A stretch of DNA of 64,000 nucleotides, taken from assembly GCA_002840505.1 (NCBI GenBank), contig PHBC01000001.1, forward strand, positions 131,767 to 195,766, written 5' to 3'. Under the pieces are notes generated by a model, which saw only the letters and a program-made list of their open reading frames with translations, ran no database searches and was not told the DNA's origin. Shown here piece after piece: positions 26,428 through 36,607 of the stretch. The stretch is from Deltaproteobacteria bacterium HGW-Deltaproteobacteria-2. GTDB taxonomy: Bacteria > Desulfobacterota > Syntrophia > Syntrophales > Smithellaceae. A program made the position numbers and the translations under genes. Every line of letters begins with the position of its first letter. The first letter of the stretch is position 1.

Positions 26428-26775
26428 ATGAAAGAACAATCTTACCGGAAATTGGAAAGGATTACTAATCATAGCAGATATAGAACTATTTACCAACAGG
26501 GGGTGTGGAGAAGTTCTCAACACTTTACAGCCATAACATGCAGTAATTCTCAAGGGGTTAGAAGGCTGGGACTTACCGTAACCAAAAAAGCGGGAAACGC
26601 CGTAAGAAGAAACAGAATCAAACGATTGATCAAAGAATATTTTCGCCTCAATAAAAGTTTGTTTCCCGCCGGATACGATGTCGTAATCATGGTTAGAAGA
26701 AATATGCCCCCCCTAACTTATCTAGAAGCATGCAAAGAATTGACTGAACTATTCACACAGAAAACTAATATATAA
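26428..26775 (+). CDS. rnpA: RNase P protein component
   Basis: Position after rpmH, with GLTVTKKAGNAVRRNRIKRLIKE (RNR motif). ATG 26428 is preferred over the track's TTG 26413. Confidence 0.85.
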   Translation: MKEQSYRKLERITNHSRYRTIYQQGVWRSSQHFTAITCSNSQGVRRLGLTVTKKAGNAVRRNRIKRLIKEYFRLNKSLFPAGYDVVIMVRRNMPPLTYLEACKELTELFTQKTNI

Positions 26776-26778
26776 TTT

Positions 26779-27006
26779 ATGCTCAAGACAATTTCGTTAA
26801 AATTTCTTATTACCATAATTCGTTTATACCAAATCTGCGTATCACCTTTCTTTTTTGCTCCATGCTGCCGATTCTATCCGTCATGTTCCGAATATACCAT
26901 CTCGGCAATTAAACTGCATGGACCGGCAAAAGGAACGTACATGGGCATAAAAAGAATTCTTCGTTGCCACCCCCTGCACCCCGGCGGTTATGATCCCGTC
27001 AAGTAA
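26779..27006 (+). CDS. yidD: Membrane protein insertion efficiency factor YidD
   Basis: YQ..VSP.....[11 protein letters not shown]...HG motif, with conserved position. Confidence 0.85.
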   Translation: MLKTISLKFLITIIRLYQICVSPFFFAPCCRFYPSCSEYTISAIKLHGPAKGTYMGIKRILRCHPLHPGGYDPVK

Positions 27007-27026
27007 AATGAAACTGGAGGTTATAA

Positions 27027-28724
27027 ATGGATAAAAGGACAATTATGGCCATAGTCCTGTCACTTGCCGTACTTTTGATATATCAGTTATTTTTTCTCAA
27101 ACCACCGGCACAAAAACAGGCAACTCCGGCTCAAGAATCAAAACAAATCAGCAAAGATACGGATGCAAAAACACCGGCTACACCGGCATCGGCGGTAGCG
27201 TCAAAACCCGCAATTAAACAGACTGTAGCTAAAAAAGAAGCTGCACCAAAAGATATCAAGGTAGAAACTGAAAATTATACGGCGATATTTTCCACCAAGG
27301 GCGCGGCCGTTAAATCGTTTCAGCTCAAAGGATATAAGAAAGAATGTACAAAATGTACTGAGGATATTTATCCTGCAATTAAGAATTCCATAACCGGAAC
27401 GAAGCAACCGGCCAAAGCAAAAAGCAACGAACCGATAGAGCTTATAACAGTTAATGAATCAATGCCCTATCCGCTGGCAATCACCTTTCCCGAGTCGGCT
27501 CCTGAAATTGCCGCTGATTCCGTATATGATATTGATGTAACCAGCCTGGATATGAAAAAATCCAAAGAAAAAAATCGTCTGGTTTTTTACCGGACTTTTA
27601 ATGGACTGAAAATAGAAAAGATTTTTACTTTTAATCCGGATAATTATTCAATCGCGCTAGACGTAAAAATATCCAACCTGACCAATTCGCCGACGACCCA
27701 GATACCTCACCTTAACTTGTACGAGTATGCAGATCCGAAAAAAGAAAATGATAGCTACAGCAATGAAGGACCTGTCGCCTATGTCTCCAAGTCCATCAAG
27801 CGTAAGAAAGTTTCGGATATCTCCACGGATACAAGTCTTGGTCCTGATGTTTCCTGGGGCGGATTTGAGAATAAATATTTTATGGCGGCAGTTATACCGC
27901 AAGATCCATCTCTGACCAGTATCAATATTTCCAAAGACAAAAACAACATGGTCTCCGTAGAAATTAAAGGAACCAAGAGTATTATCCCGCCGAACCAGTC
28001 GGATTCTTTGAAATACTCCTTGTTTATTGGTCCCAAGGATTACACTCTTCTCAAGAAACAGGGTATATCATTAGAAGAAGCTATTGAGTTTGATTCATTT
28101 ATACCTGGATTGAAATGGCTTTCCATTGGCTTACTGATTTTTATCAAATTTTTGTATCAGTTTGTCAGCAATTATGGAATTGCCATTATCATCCTTACAA
28201 TCCTCATCAAACTCATCTTCTGGCCGCTGGGTAACATAAGTTATAAATCTATGAAGGAAATGCAAAAACTTCAGCCAAAACTAGTTGAGTTAAAAGAGAA
28301 ATATAAAAATGATCAGGCTAAACTCGGTCAGGAAACCATGGCTCTATACAAGGCGCATAAAGTCAACCCCCTTAGCGGCTGCCTGCCAATGTTAATTCAG
28401 ATTCCGGTGTTTATCGGCCTGTACAATACACTCCTTTATGCCATTGAACTGCGCCACTCACCATTGTTCTGGTGGATTCAGGATTTATCGGCCAAAGATC
28501 CTTATTACATTACACCGATTATCATGGGTGCAACGCAATTTATTCAACAGAAGATGACCCCTACTACGGGTGATCCCATGATGGCAAAAATGATGTTGAT
28601 TATGCCCATTGTGTTTACCTTTATATTTTTAAATTTTCCGTCAGGATTGGTTATTTACTGGTTATTAAATAATGTTTTAAGCATCGGACAGCAAATTTAT
28701 ATTAATAGAAAATTCGCTGATTGA
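27027..28724 (+). CDS. yidC: Membrane protein insertase YidC
   Basis: An N-terminal TM and large periplasmic domain are followed by a C-terminal 5-TM core with the PLGNISYKSM...GCLPMLIQIPVF signature. Confidence 0.9.
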   Translation: MDKRTIMAIVLSLAVLLIYQLFFLKPPAQKQATPAQESKQISKDTDAKTPATPASAVASKPAIKQTVAKKEAAPKDIKVETENYTAIFSTKGAAVKSFQLKGYKKECTKCTEDIYPAIKNSITGTKQPAKAKSNEPIELITVNESMPYPLAITFPESAPEIAADSVYDIDVTSLDMKKSKEKNRLVFYRTFNGLKIEKIFTFNPDNYSIALDVKISNLTNSPTTQIPHLNLYEYADPKKENDSYSNEGPVAYVSKSIKRKKVSDISTDTSLGPDVSWGGFENKYFMAAVIPQDPSLTSINISKDKNNMVSVEIKGTKSIIPPNQSDSLKYSLFIGPKDYTLLKKQGISLEEAIEFDSFIPGLKWLSIGLLIFIKFLYQFVSNYGIAIIILTILIKLIFWPLGNISYKSMKEMQKLQPKLVELKEKYKNDQAKLGQETMALYKAHKVNPLSGCLPMLIQIPVFIGLYNTLLYAIELRHSPLFWWIQDLSAKDPYYITPIIMGATQFIQQKMTPTTGDPMMAKMMLIMPIVFTFIFLNFPSGLVIYWLLNNVLSIGQQIYINRKFAD

Positions 28725-28746
28725 TATATTGATAAGAGGTTTGAAG

Positions 28747-29598
28747 ATGGATTCCAAAACGTTAGAAATAGAAGAAAAATCAATTGATGAGGCTATAGAA
28801 AAAGCCTGTCGCGAATTTGACGTACCGCGGGAAAAATTAAATATTGAAATTATTTCAGAAGAAAGCGGAGGCTTCCTGGGTATGTTCTCCAAAAAAGCCA
28901 GGATAAGAGCTTCGCTGCTTTCTCTGAATATCGATTTTTCGTTCACGGATCATCCGGAAGTCAAAAATGAGTTTAAAATAGAACCTCGGGTAAAACCTGA
29001 AAAAGAGGTTATAACTGAAAAAGAAGTTATACCTGAAAAAAAGATTATGACGGACAAACCGAAAAAGCAGGTAGAGCCTGCCGTCATTTATGATTCTACT
29101 GCCAGTGCTATACTCGCATCAAAAGCAAAGGATTTACTGGAAGGCATTTTGCAGAGGATACCATTGGAATGCCAGGTCACTGTTAATGAAACGGCGGAAA
29201 AAATAATTCTCAACATTGAAGGTGATAACAGCGGGTTGCTCATAGGCAAACGCGGCCAGAATATTGATGCTCTTCAATATATATTGAACAAAGCCATCAA
29301 CAAACTTCATACTGACCATAAAATGATCATGATCGATTCCGGAGAATACCGGAAGAGAAGAGAGGAATTTCTGCTTGGTTTGGCGGAAAGAATCAGGGAA
29401 AAAGTAAAAAAGACCATGAAGCCTGTATCGATTGGCCATATGAACGCTCATGACCGGCGCCTCATCCATATGGTACTGCAAGAAGATGAATCGCTGATTA
29501 CACAAAGCCGCGGCGAGGGTAAATTTAGAAAAATTGTTATTCTTCCTGCAAGAACAGGCAATACCAGGCACGTCAGAGAAAAAAAATCACGGGTATGA
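28747..29598 (+). CDS. jag: Jag/KhpB-type RNA-binding protein (Jag_N + KH + R3H)
   Basis: LLIGKRGQNIDALQYIL (KH) and AHDRRLIHMVLQ (R3H). ATG 28747 has an AAGAGG RBS. Confidence 0.8.
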   Translation: MDSKTLEIEEKSIDEAIEKACREFDVPREKLNIEIISEESGGFLGMFSKKARIRASLLSLNIDFSFTDHPEVKNEFKIEPRVKPEKEVITEKEVIPEKKIMTDKPKKQVEPAVIYDSTASAILASKAKDLLEGILQRIPLECQVTVNETAEKIILNIEGDNSGLLIGKRGQNIDALQYILNKAINKLHTDHKMIMIDSGEYRKRREEFLLGLAERIREKVKKTMKPVSIGHMNAHDRRLIHMVLQEDESLITQSRGEGKFRKIVILPARTGNTRHVREKKSRV

Positions 29599-29632
29599 AC
29601 CCAAAGCAAGCGTTGGAAAAAAATTTCGCAGT

Positions 29633-29655
29633 AAGCTACGGGATATGATACCCCG
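29633..29655. repeat. Copy of the GCTACGGG-RTATSATA-CCCC palindromic module
   Basis: AAGCTACGGGATATGATACCCCG compares with GCTACGGGGTATCATACCC at 3078-3096. Both are preceded by AAAGCAAGC. Confidence 0.5.
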
Positions 29656-29705
29656 TTTATACTGGATAATTTGACGATCACAACATAAAGGGGAAGTGTT
29701 CTACT

Positions 29706-31085
29706 GTGCTCCGCCAGGATACCATAGCAGCCCTTGCGACTCCTTTCGGTTTGTCCGGAGTTGGAGTAATTAGGATCAGCGGACCGGAAGCTCTCGAAAT
29801 CGCCCGTCTCATCTTTCAGCCCTCCAATGGAATCTGTCCATGGGAAACCCATCATTTATACCACGGCGATATAGTCTCTGCCGATGGCAAAACTATTCTC
29901 GACGAAGTCTTAATCTGTTATATGCGCAAGCCCCACTCCTTCACGGGAGAGGATGTTATAGAAATAAACTGTCACGGCAATCCAATCATTATCCAGTCCA
30001 TTCTCTCACAACTGCAGGAACTGGGATGCCGCCTGGCTCGCCACGGAGAGTTCTCCCAGCGCGCCTTCTTCAACAATCGCCTTGATTTATCACAGGCGGA
30101 AGCACTCTCGGCAATGATTTGCGCCAAATCGGCAAAAGCTTATGCCATTGGACTTTCCCAGTTAAAAGGATCGCTTTCCAAAGAAATAGAAGACCTGCGC
30201 CTTCTTTTGATCGACGCTCTGGCTTTGATGGAGGCGACCATCGATTTTACCGAAGATACATCCGGCGAAAAAATCACGGGAACACCTCCGCAAATTAATC
30301 AGGCATTAGAAAGGATGCAATCGCTTCTTTCGTCATACAGTTCGGCAAGAGCGTACGCCGAAGGTATTAACGTCATAATCACCGGCAAACCAAATGTGGG
30401 AAAATCCAGCCTGCTCAATTCCCTGACCGGCAGGAAAAAAGCTATTGTTACCGATATTCCGGGAACAACACGCGACTTGATCACGGATACAATCAACATC
30501 AACGGCGTTCCGGTTCATTTAATTGATACCGCAGGAATAAGAGAACCGCAAAACGCAATAGAAAAAGAAGGAATATCTCTTGTCTGGGAAAGTATAGCTA
30601 ACGCTGATGTTGTAATTGTAATGCTGGATATAAGCAAACCGCTGACAGACGAAGATAAAATTATTATTGATAAAAATAAATCGGGAAATATTATCATCGC
30701 AATTAATAAGATTGATTTGCCGCGGAAGTGGGAAGAAAGTATTATTAAAGAACTATTTTCACAGGAAACAAAAATCCTGAATATCTCAGCAAAGTTAGGC
30801 AATGGATTGGACGAATTGAAAAACACAATTACGGATTTATCTGTCAGCAGCGAAGATGTAAATGCCGGCAGTGTGATGATTACCAACCTGCGTCATAAAC
30901 TGGCAATAGAAAAAGCCTTTAAAAACATTCAAAACGCGAAGGAAAGCATCGCCAATGGCATGTCTGCTGAATTCGCCGCTTTCGACTTGCGTGAAGCTCT
31001 GGATAGCCTGGATGAAATAACCGGGAAAAAAATAAATGATGAAATACTGGACAAGATATTCTCCAGCTTTTGTATCGGCAAATAA
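29706..31085 (+). CDS. mnmE: tRNA modification GTPase MnmE
   Basis: GKPNVGKSSLLN, DTAGIR and the C-terminal FCIGK motif. GTG start. Confidence 0.9.
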   Translation: MLRQDTIAALATPFGLSGVGVIRISGPEALEIARLIFQPSNGICPWETHHLYHGDIVSADGKTILDEVLICYMRKPHSFTGEDVIEINCHGNPIIIQSILSQLQELGCRLARHGEFSQRAFFNNRLDLSQAEALSAMICAKSAKAYAIGLSQLKGSLSKEIEDLRLLLIDALALMEATIDFTEDTSGEKITGTPPQINQALERMQSLLSSYSSARAYAEGINVIITGKPNVGKSSLLNSLTGRKKAIVTDIPGTTRDLITDTININGVPVHLIDTAGIREPQNAIEKEGISLVWESIANADVVIVMLDISKPLTDEDKIIIDKNKSGNIIIAINKIDLPRKWEESIIKELFSQETKILNISAKLGNGLDELKNTITDLSVSSEDVNAGSVMITNLRHKLAIEKAFKNIQNAKESIANGMSAEFAAFDLREALDSLDEITGKKINDEILDKIFSSFCIGK

Positions 31086-31237
31086 TACTATTACGCCTTA
31101 TATATGGTATCATAATTACCTCAATATCGCTGCCTTCACGCTGACGCCGAACATTGAAGCTCCTACAACTTTATGCTAGCATCGCCGAACAACTTTTATA
31201 TATCTTTACCATCAATGACATAAAACGAGTTAGTATT

Positions 31238-32368
31238 ATGAAGAGTTTTTATTTTTTACTTTGCTTTTCAGTGATTTTTTGCTGGCCAACAAGCTACGCC
31301 CTTAGCCAGGATAAATGCGTTAATGCGGAAGCGGAATCATTTATTGTCAATAACGATATTTCTTCCGCCAAACTGAGAGCCACCACTCGCGCCAAGTGGT
31401 CGGCAATTGAAGAGGTCATTGACACAGAAATAAAATTGTACAGTTTTATCCAAGACTTCACATTACTGGAAGATATTATTAAAACAAAAGCGGACGGTAC
31501 AATTAAAAGTTATAAAGTGATCGGCCAGAAAAACGACACGGATAGTGTCAACGTAAAGATTAACGCTTGCGTGGATCCTTTCAGCGCCAGAGAAGCTGTT
31601 TACCGGTTAGGATTAAATAATTCTATTGCTGTTTTTATTCCGGCACGCAAACCCGGCGGCAACGGCAATGAATTTGAAGAAACGAATCTTCTTTCCGAAA
31701 CTCTTATCGATATCCTCTCCGAACAAAACTATACCGTTGTCGATGTCGCTCCGGCAAAAGTCATTGATGCGGTGGAAATAGAAAAAACTGTTTTTAGCGG
31801 TAACCCGTCAAATTTACGCAGTATAATGTATAAATTTTTATCTAATTTAATTGTTATCGGCAAAGTTGATTATACAATTTCCATGAAAAAAGGAGAAAAC
31901 ATAAGCCATGTTTCTTCCATGCTTTTTAATAATGTGACCGTACGGCTGACTTACCGGATAATCGCTAAAAACAACAAGAGCGGCAACATGGAAATTTTAA
32001 CGACGGGAACTGAAGAGGCTAAAGGAGTGGCCACTAAAGTGGAAGATGCGGCCTTAGAAGCCATGAAAGAATTGGCTCAAAATCTGGCACCTGCAATTCT
32101 GGACAAGATCGGCCAATACATAAAAGACAACACAAAGAAAGTTACCGTTAAAGTTAACAATGTAGATGATATAGAGACTGTCAAAGAAATAAAAGAACTA
32201 TTGCAAAGCATCGTCTGGGTTTCGGAAGTCGAAGAAAAACAGATGGGAGATTTCACAGTAAGTTATCCGGAAAATATAATTTATCTGGCCAACAGTATTG
32301 AACAAAAGAGTGATTTAAAAGTTTTAAATTTTTCACCTTCTTCTATTGTTTTGGAGTATCAAAATTAG
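31238..32368 (+). CDS. Secreted or lipoprotein-like hypothetical protein
   Basis: The signal peptide MKSFYFLLCFSVIFCWPTSYA starts at the internal ATG. No family recognised. Confidence 0.5.
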   Translation: MKSFYFLLCFSVIFCWPTSYALSQDKCVNAEAESFIVNNDISSAKLRATTRAKWSAIEEVIDTEIKLYSFIQDFTLLEDIIKTKADGTIKSYKVIGQKNDTDSVNVKINACVDPFSAREAVYRLGLNNSIAVFIPARKPGGNGNEFEETNLLSETLIDILSEQNYTVVDVAPAKVIDAVEIEKTVFSGNPSNLRSIMYKFLSNLIVIGKVDYTISMKKGENISHVSSMLFNNVTVRLTYRIIAKNNKSGNMEILTTGTEEAKGVATKVEDAALEAMKELAQNLAPAILDKIGQYIKDNTKKVTVKVNNVDDIETVKEIKELLQSIVWVSEVEEKQMGDFTVSYPENIIYLANSIEQKSDLKVLNFSPSSIVLEYQN

Positions 32369-32617
32369 AGTGACTTCGTTTGTTCGCTGATCAATACCGC
32401 GATTTATCTGACTGCGTCACCTGTTGGAAAAGGAATGCGCCCCGATTAAATCACACTTGTATTAAATAATTATGAAGCTCACCTGGTGGGATTATTAATT
32501 AATTTAATCAGATGTAAGTACAGAAAAAAATGTAACTGTAAAATAGTGCATAAAGATTGGTGGCTAGTGTAGGAAGTTTTTATTACTCACCATTCACCAG
32601 CCACCTTCCGTTAGCTA

Positions 32618-33196
32618 CTATTTGCCCGCGACCATTTTCCTTAATGAAGGAACCATAGATTGTGCGTTTTCCTTGCTGGTGGATATCACTTTAAAATACG
32701 GGATATACCAACCGGCGTTTACAAAATTGGAATAAGTGCAGTCAACCCAGCCCGGGTATTTCTCAGAGGCCATTAATTTCCAACTTCCGCCGTAATAGTC
32801 CATATCTCCATCGGTCCTTATCCACTTTACCGAAAAATTCTTTTCATCAACAGTGCGTTTCACATTAAAAATCTTTGTTCCCAGTGAAGTCTCGAGAGTA
32901 TAATTCCATAAAATAGTATTAGCATCAATGTCCTTCACTTTAACTACCTTTTTCACCGCGGGGAAAAGCTTACCGAGATGTTCGACGCTACCTATCCATT
33001 TCCAAACATCTTCAGTTTTACCCTTCACGAAAAAGTTAACGGTAAGTCCTTTGATACCGTCATCGTTTTTAACTTCTTTCATGTCCAGAGTCTGAGGAGG
33101 TTCGGCGCCAAAGGCAGGCACAAAATTACCTAAACAAAATATCGATAAAGCCATGCTAAAAAACAATACGGTGAAAATTCTTCTCGCTGTGTCCAT
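32618..33196 (-). CDS. Secreted SRPBCC/START-fold (cyclase/dehydrase-like) protein
   Basis: A signal peptide is followed by about 150 aa with the size and pattern typical of SRPBCC proteins. The assignment is tentative. Confidence 0.5.
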   Translation of the reverse strand: MDTARRIFTVLFFSMALSIFCLGNFVPAFGAEPPQTLDMKEVKNDDGIKGLTVNFFVKGKTEDVWKWIGSVEHLGKLFPAVKKVVKVKDIDANTILWNYTLETSLGTKIFNVKRTVDEKNFSVKWIRTDGDMDYYGGSWKLMASEKYPGWVDCTYSNFVNAGWYIPYFKVISTSKENAQSMVPSLRKMVAGK

Positions 33197-33446
33197 AAAA
33201 ACCTCCTTTTTTTGCTTAAGGATTTCAAATAATTATTCTGAACTATTTAACTCCCGCTGTAATAAAAATTTCTCATAAGGATAACTAAAAATCAAGCAAT
33301 TATTTAAATTGCAAAAGCGTTTATCTGGATTAACCAAAGCGATTTTAATAGCTTATCTTGATATTATTCTGTCCCTGACTCCCGACGTAATGCCAGAACA
33401 TTTTTATTTAAAACACGTAGCTGTAGCTTTCGCTAAAAAATTCATT

Positions 33447-34469
33447 TTAGGCAATCTCAACATTAACGCTGCTCTTATTTTCAAACTTTACCAGAGTTTC
33501 TTGAATTGAGTTAATCAATTTGCTTGGTTCAAGCCGTTTCTGAATATTTTTTCGTTCAGTAAGAGTTCCGTATTTTTGCAGCCACTTCTTTAAATTTCGG
33601 TTATCCCTAACCTCTTTCCAGTCATCAATTATAACAACCGGAAGACCTTCGAACAGGCTATCAAGAGACGATGTTTTTGTAATTACAATAGTGCCCATAT
33701 AAAGCAGTTCCCACGTTCGATGACAATCAAGCCCGTTTCCCAGCACGCTGAGGGCAAAGGGATATTCGGCATAGCGACGCCAAATCGATCTTTGCGAAAT
33801 ACTTTTTTCCAGAAAATCCACATGATCGCAATTGCAAAGTCCGGCAACAGCCCGACGTCTTTCTTCCGAAGCAAGACTTACGCCCAGATCGCAAAATACT
33901 CTGAGTGGCAATTGATCCAGCGGCAAACGACGCGCGCGAATACTCTCCAGCAGTGCGACGAGATGGCGCGGACTTGTGCAGAAACGCGGTGTGTGAAGGT
34001 CAATTCCGATAGGCCAGGGAGCGAGTTTAGGATGCCCGTTGCCATCATAGTTTTGTGTATGCCAGGACACAAGCCAGGGGCAATCAAGCAGAGCACTGAC
34101 GGTTACCGTTTTGATGTCGGAAGGAACAGACGCATCACCATCGGTGGTAATTAAAGCGAACGGCTTTTGAATCATAGGTAAAGCACCACGAACAAAATTG
34201 TCAAGATCGCAGGGTTTTCCATCCCTTGACTGTGTACTTAATCTCACCCACACAAGACCGTTGGCACCGGCATAATGCTGACGGAAAAACGATTCCGGCT
34301 GGCATGATTCAGTTTCTTCACGCCAATAGGATTCAGGACCTTTGAAATCGCAATACTGACTTATTCCCTTTGACCACAGGTAAGGCGGATTATACTCATG
34401 CGAGGCTATCCATGTTGACCGGATTATCAGGCGCCTCAACTCCTCGAGCTTACCACGAAGGAATTTCAT
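33447..34469 (-). CDS. Trp/Arg/Cys-rich hypothetical protein, possibly glycosyltransferase-like
   Basis: Long ORF. The C-terminal ALSVLGNGLDCHRTWELLYMGTIVI resembles the exostosin/CAP10-type acceptor motif. The start is probably MKFLRGK (34469). Confidence 0.45.
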   Translation of the reverse strand: MKFLRGKLEELRRLIIRSTWIASHEYNPPYLWSKGISQYCDFKGPESYWREETESCQPESFFRQHYAGANGLVWVRLSTQSRDGKPCDLDNFVRGALPMIQKPFALITTDGDASVPSDIKTVTVSALLDCPWLVSWHTQNYDGNGHPKLAPWPIGIDLHTPRFCTSPRHLVALLESIRARRLPLDQLPLRVFCDLGVSLASEERRRAVAGLCNCDHVDFLEKSISQRSIWRRYAEYPFALSVLGNGLDCHRTWELLYMGTIVITKTSSLDSLFEGLPVVIIDDWKEVRDNRNLKKWLQKYGTLTERKNIQKRLEPSKLINSIQETLVKFENKSSVNVEIA

Positions 34470-34476
34470 AAGAATA

Positions 34477-35223
34477 TTATTTTGTCTCCAATCCTTCGAC
34501 AAACGCCAGGACATTTTTACCTAAAACACTGTGGTTATAGCCGCCTTCCAGGATACTAAAACAACCGCCGTTATTTCGTTTTGCTGTTTCTCTTACCAGC
34601 TTGCCCATATATTTATAGTCTTCGGTTTTTAACAGACCACCCCAATCGTCTTCATGATTATCAAAACCGGCTGATACGGCAATCATATCGGCATCAGTTT
34701 CAGAAAGAGCATCCTGTACATTTTTTAAATATTCATTGCGATTGGATGAGGCAGGATTATAGATTGTCACATATCCCTTATTCCCGAGAATATTGACATT
34801 GCCGTCCCCGAAATGCAGATCGAAATCCAAAATAAAAGCTTTTTTGATTTTACTTTCCCTTTTTAGTTTCTCCAGCGCTATCGCCATATTGTTGAAATAG
34901 CAAAAACCCCAGGCGCTACCCGCTGAAGCATGATGCCCGGGAGGACGGATGAGCGCAAAACAGGGTTCTGTCAAACCAATTTGCGCCGCTTTAATTGCAC
35001 CTCCTGCCGCAAGTGCGGCAATATCATAGACACCTTCCCGCTCGACCGACCTGACGTGATCGGGAGTATGTACTTTAAGAATATCTTCTTTTGCTGCCAC
35101 AGACGGCTCAACAAAAGTTACTTTTCCGCGCAGAGACATTTCCACGGCTTGAATTCTTCCGGAAGCGGAAGCAGGATCGGAACAGTACACTTCGTTATAA
35201 TCTTCGTGATAAACAACCTTCAT
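34477..35223 (-). CDS. Histone-deacetylase-family (class I/II HDAC, AcuC-like) deacylase
   Basis: IRPPGHHA, DFDLHFGDG and EGGY motifs. The start at MKVVYHEDY follows an AAGGAGG RBS. Confidence 0.8.
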   Translation of the reverse strand: MKVVYHEDYNEVYCSDPASASGRIQAVEMSLRGKVTFVEPSVAAKEDILKVHTPDHVRSVEREGVYDIAALAAGGAIKAAQIGLTEPCFALIRPPGHHASAGSAWGFCYFNNMAIALEKLKRESKIKKAFILDFDLHFGDGNVNILGNKGYVTIYNPASSNRNEYLKNVQDALSETDADMIAVSAGFDNHEDDWGGLLKTEDYKYMGKLVRETAKRNNGGCFSILEGGYNHSVLGKNVLAFVEGLETK

Positions 35224-35250
35224 ACAATCCTCCTTTTGTTGGCGCCGCAA

Positions 35251-35694
35251 TTAATCCGACTTAAAAAATCCAACCGATTTTAAAGCATTAATAGTATTTA
35301 TTGCCACCGGCAATTCCCGTAAATCTTTCAGAGAAAACCAGCGGGCCTCCAGTGCGTCATCCGCACCATGGGGAACACCTGCAACATAATCAGCAGCGAA
35401 ATCAACTATAACAAAATGAAACTTAATTTTTCTTTTGCTGTCGTATTCGATGAAATCAAACACGTATTTGCAGTCCCTGACTTTTATCGTTATGCCTGTC
35501 TCTTCGAAAATTTCCCGCGCGGCACATTCCTGCATACTCTCACCAAGTTTCAACGTTCCTCCGGGAATTGCCCAAAGTCCTTTACTCGGTTCTGTCCCAC
35601 GTTTTACTAACAAAACTTTCCCATCTCTTATTGTTATCGCCCCGACTCCGACCCTTGGTTCAACAGGATAAGCATTACTTGACTTCTTTTTCAT
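35251..35694 (-). CDS. NUDIX hydrolase
   Basis: Nudix box GGTLKLGESMQECAAREIFEETGI. Confidence 0.8.
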   Translation of the reverse strand: MKKKSSNAYPVEPRVGVGAITIRDGKVLLVKRGTEPSKGLWAIPGGTLKLGESMQECAAREIFEETGITIKVRDCKYVFDFIEYDSKRKIKFHFVIVDFAADYVAGVPHGADDALEARWFSLKDLRELPVAINTINALKSVGFFKSD

Positions 35695-36461
35695 TTTTTT
35701 CCCGACACGAAAGAAAAGCTGCTTTCGATCCAGGGCTCCTTTTGTCCATCAAAAACTTTCTCCACAAACCTGACACGCCTGTTTTTTCCGATAAGTAAAA
35801 TCGTGGAAGAACGGGTCCCATAATCAGGACTTGTAATAAACATGGAAGATAATATCCGCTCCCATTCCAGACCAACACCTGTTGAGGGTAGTTTACTGTC
35901 CGGCGGAATATGGCGATCAGCCAGCACAGTAAATAATGTTTTTTTTAATTCAGATCGTTTTTGATCCAGTGTAGATTTCAAAAGACGTTTCCCCCGAGAT
36001 ACTTTCGGCCAGGGTGTATTCAGGTTATGATTGCTTAAACCATAGATCCCTGGATTCAGCTTTTGTTTTTCTCCGTTACTGGAGAAAACGAAAAGATCAT
36101 TATCATCACCTATAAGTAAATTGAAACCGTTGTACTTATCCGCTTGCGAGGAAACGTCTTCCAGATACCCAGCGGCGTTTTGTTTACCAATAAGGTAGCG
36201 GCTGACCAGTCTGCCGCGCGACGGAGCATTGCTTTTAAAAGCGGACGGATCGCGATAATTAGTGATGGCGGCGAATTTTCCTTCTTTGGTAATACCCAAC
36301 CAGGTGCCGCCCTCTTTTAAGTCTCGCCCGGCAAGCACATTATGTTGGTCTTCCCAAAAATCCGCAGGGAGCGACGGCCGTTCATAAAACTCATCACGGT
36401 TAGCCGCAAGGATTAACCGGTATGATGGATGAACTTTATAAGCAAATAATATAAGGCACAT
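35691..36461 (-). CDS. NRDE-family (TANGO2-like) protein
   Basis: N-terminal MCLILFAY...LAANRDEFYERP signature. Confidence 0.8.
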   Translation of the reverse strand: MCLILFAYKVHPSYRLILAANRDEFYERPSLPADFWEDQHNVLAGRDLKEGGTWLGITKEGKFAAITNYRDPSAFKSNAPSRGRLVSRYLIGKQNAAGYLEDVSSQADKYNGFNLLIGDDNDLFVFSSNGEKQKLNPGIYGLSNHNLNTPWPKVSRGKRLLKSTLDQKRSELKKTLFTVLADRHIPPDSKLPSTGVGLEWERILSSMFITSPDYGTRSSTILLIGKNRRVRFVEKVFDGQKEPWIESSFSFVSGKK

Positions 36462-36487
36462 TGTTTTAATTAACTAAAAGATTTATG

Positions 36488-36605
36488 CCAATTCTAAATC
36501 AATGATGATATCGCGGCGGCTAGGAGGAGGCGACGAGGCGTATTATACATACGTTGAGGAAGCAGACGACGACGCCAACAAAGATAGCGCTTGATTTAGA
36601 ATTGG
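36488..36605 (+). repeat. 118-bp MITE-like element with TCTAAATCA...TGATTTAGA terminal inverted repeats (copy A)
   Basis: It fills the gap between the NRDE gene start and the cobB stop. It aligns by hand with the reverse complement of 39231-39347, with about 14 differences over about 117 nt. Confidence 0.75.
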
Positions 36606-36607
36606 TA

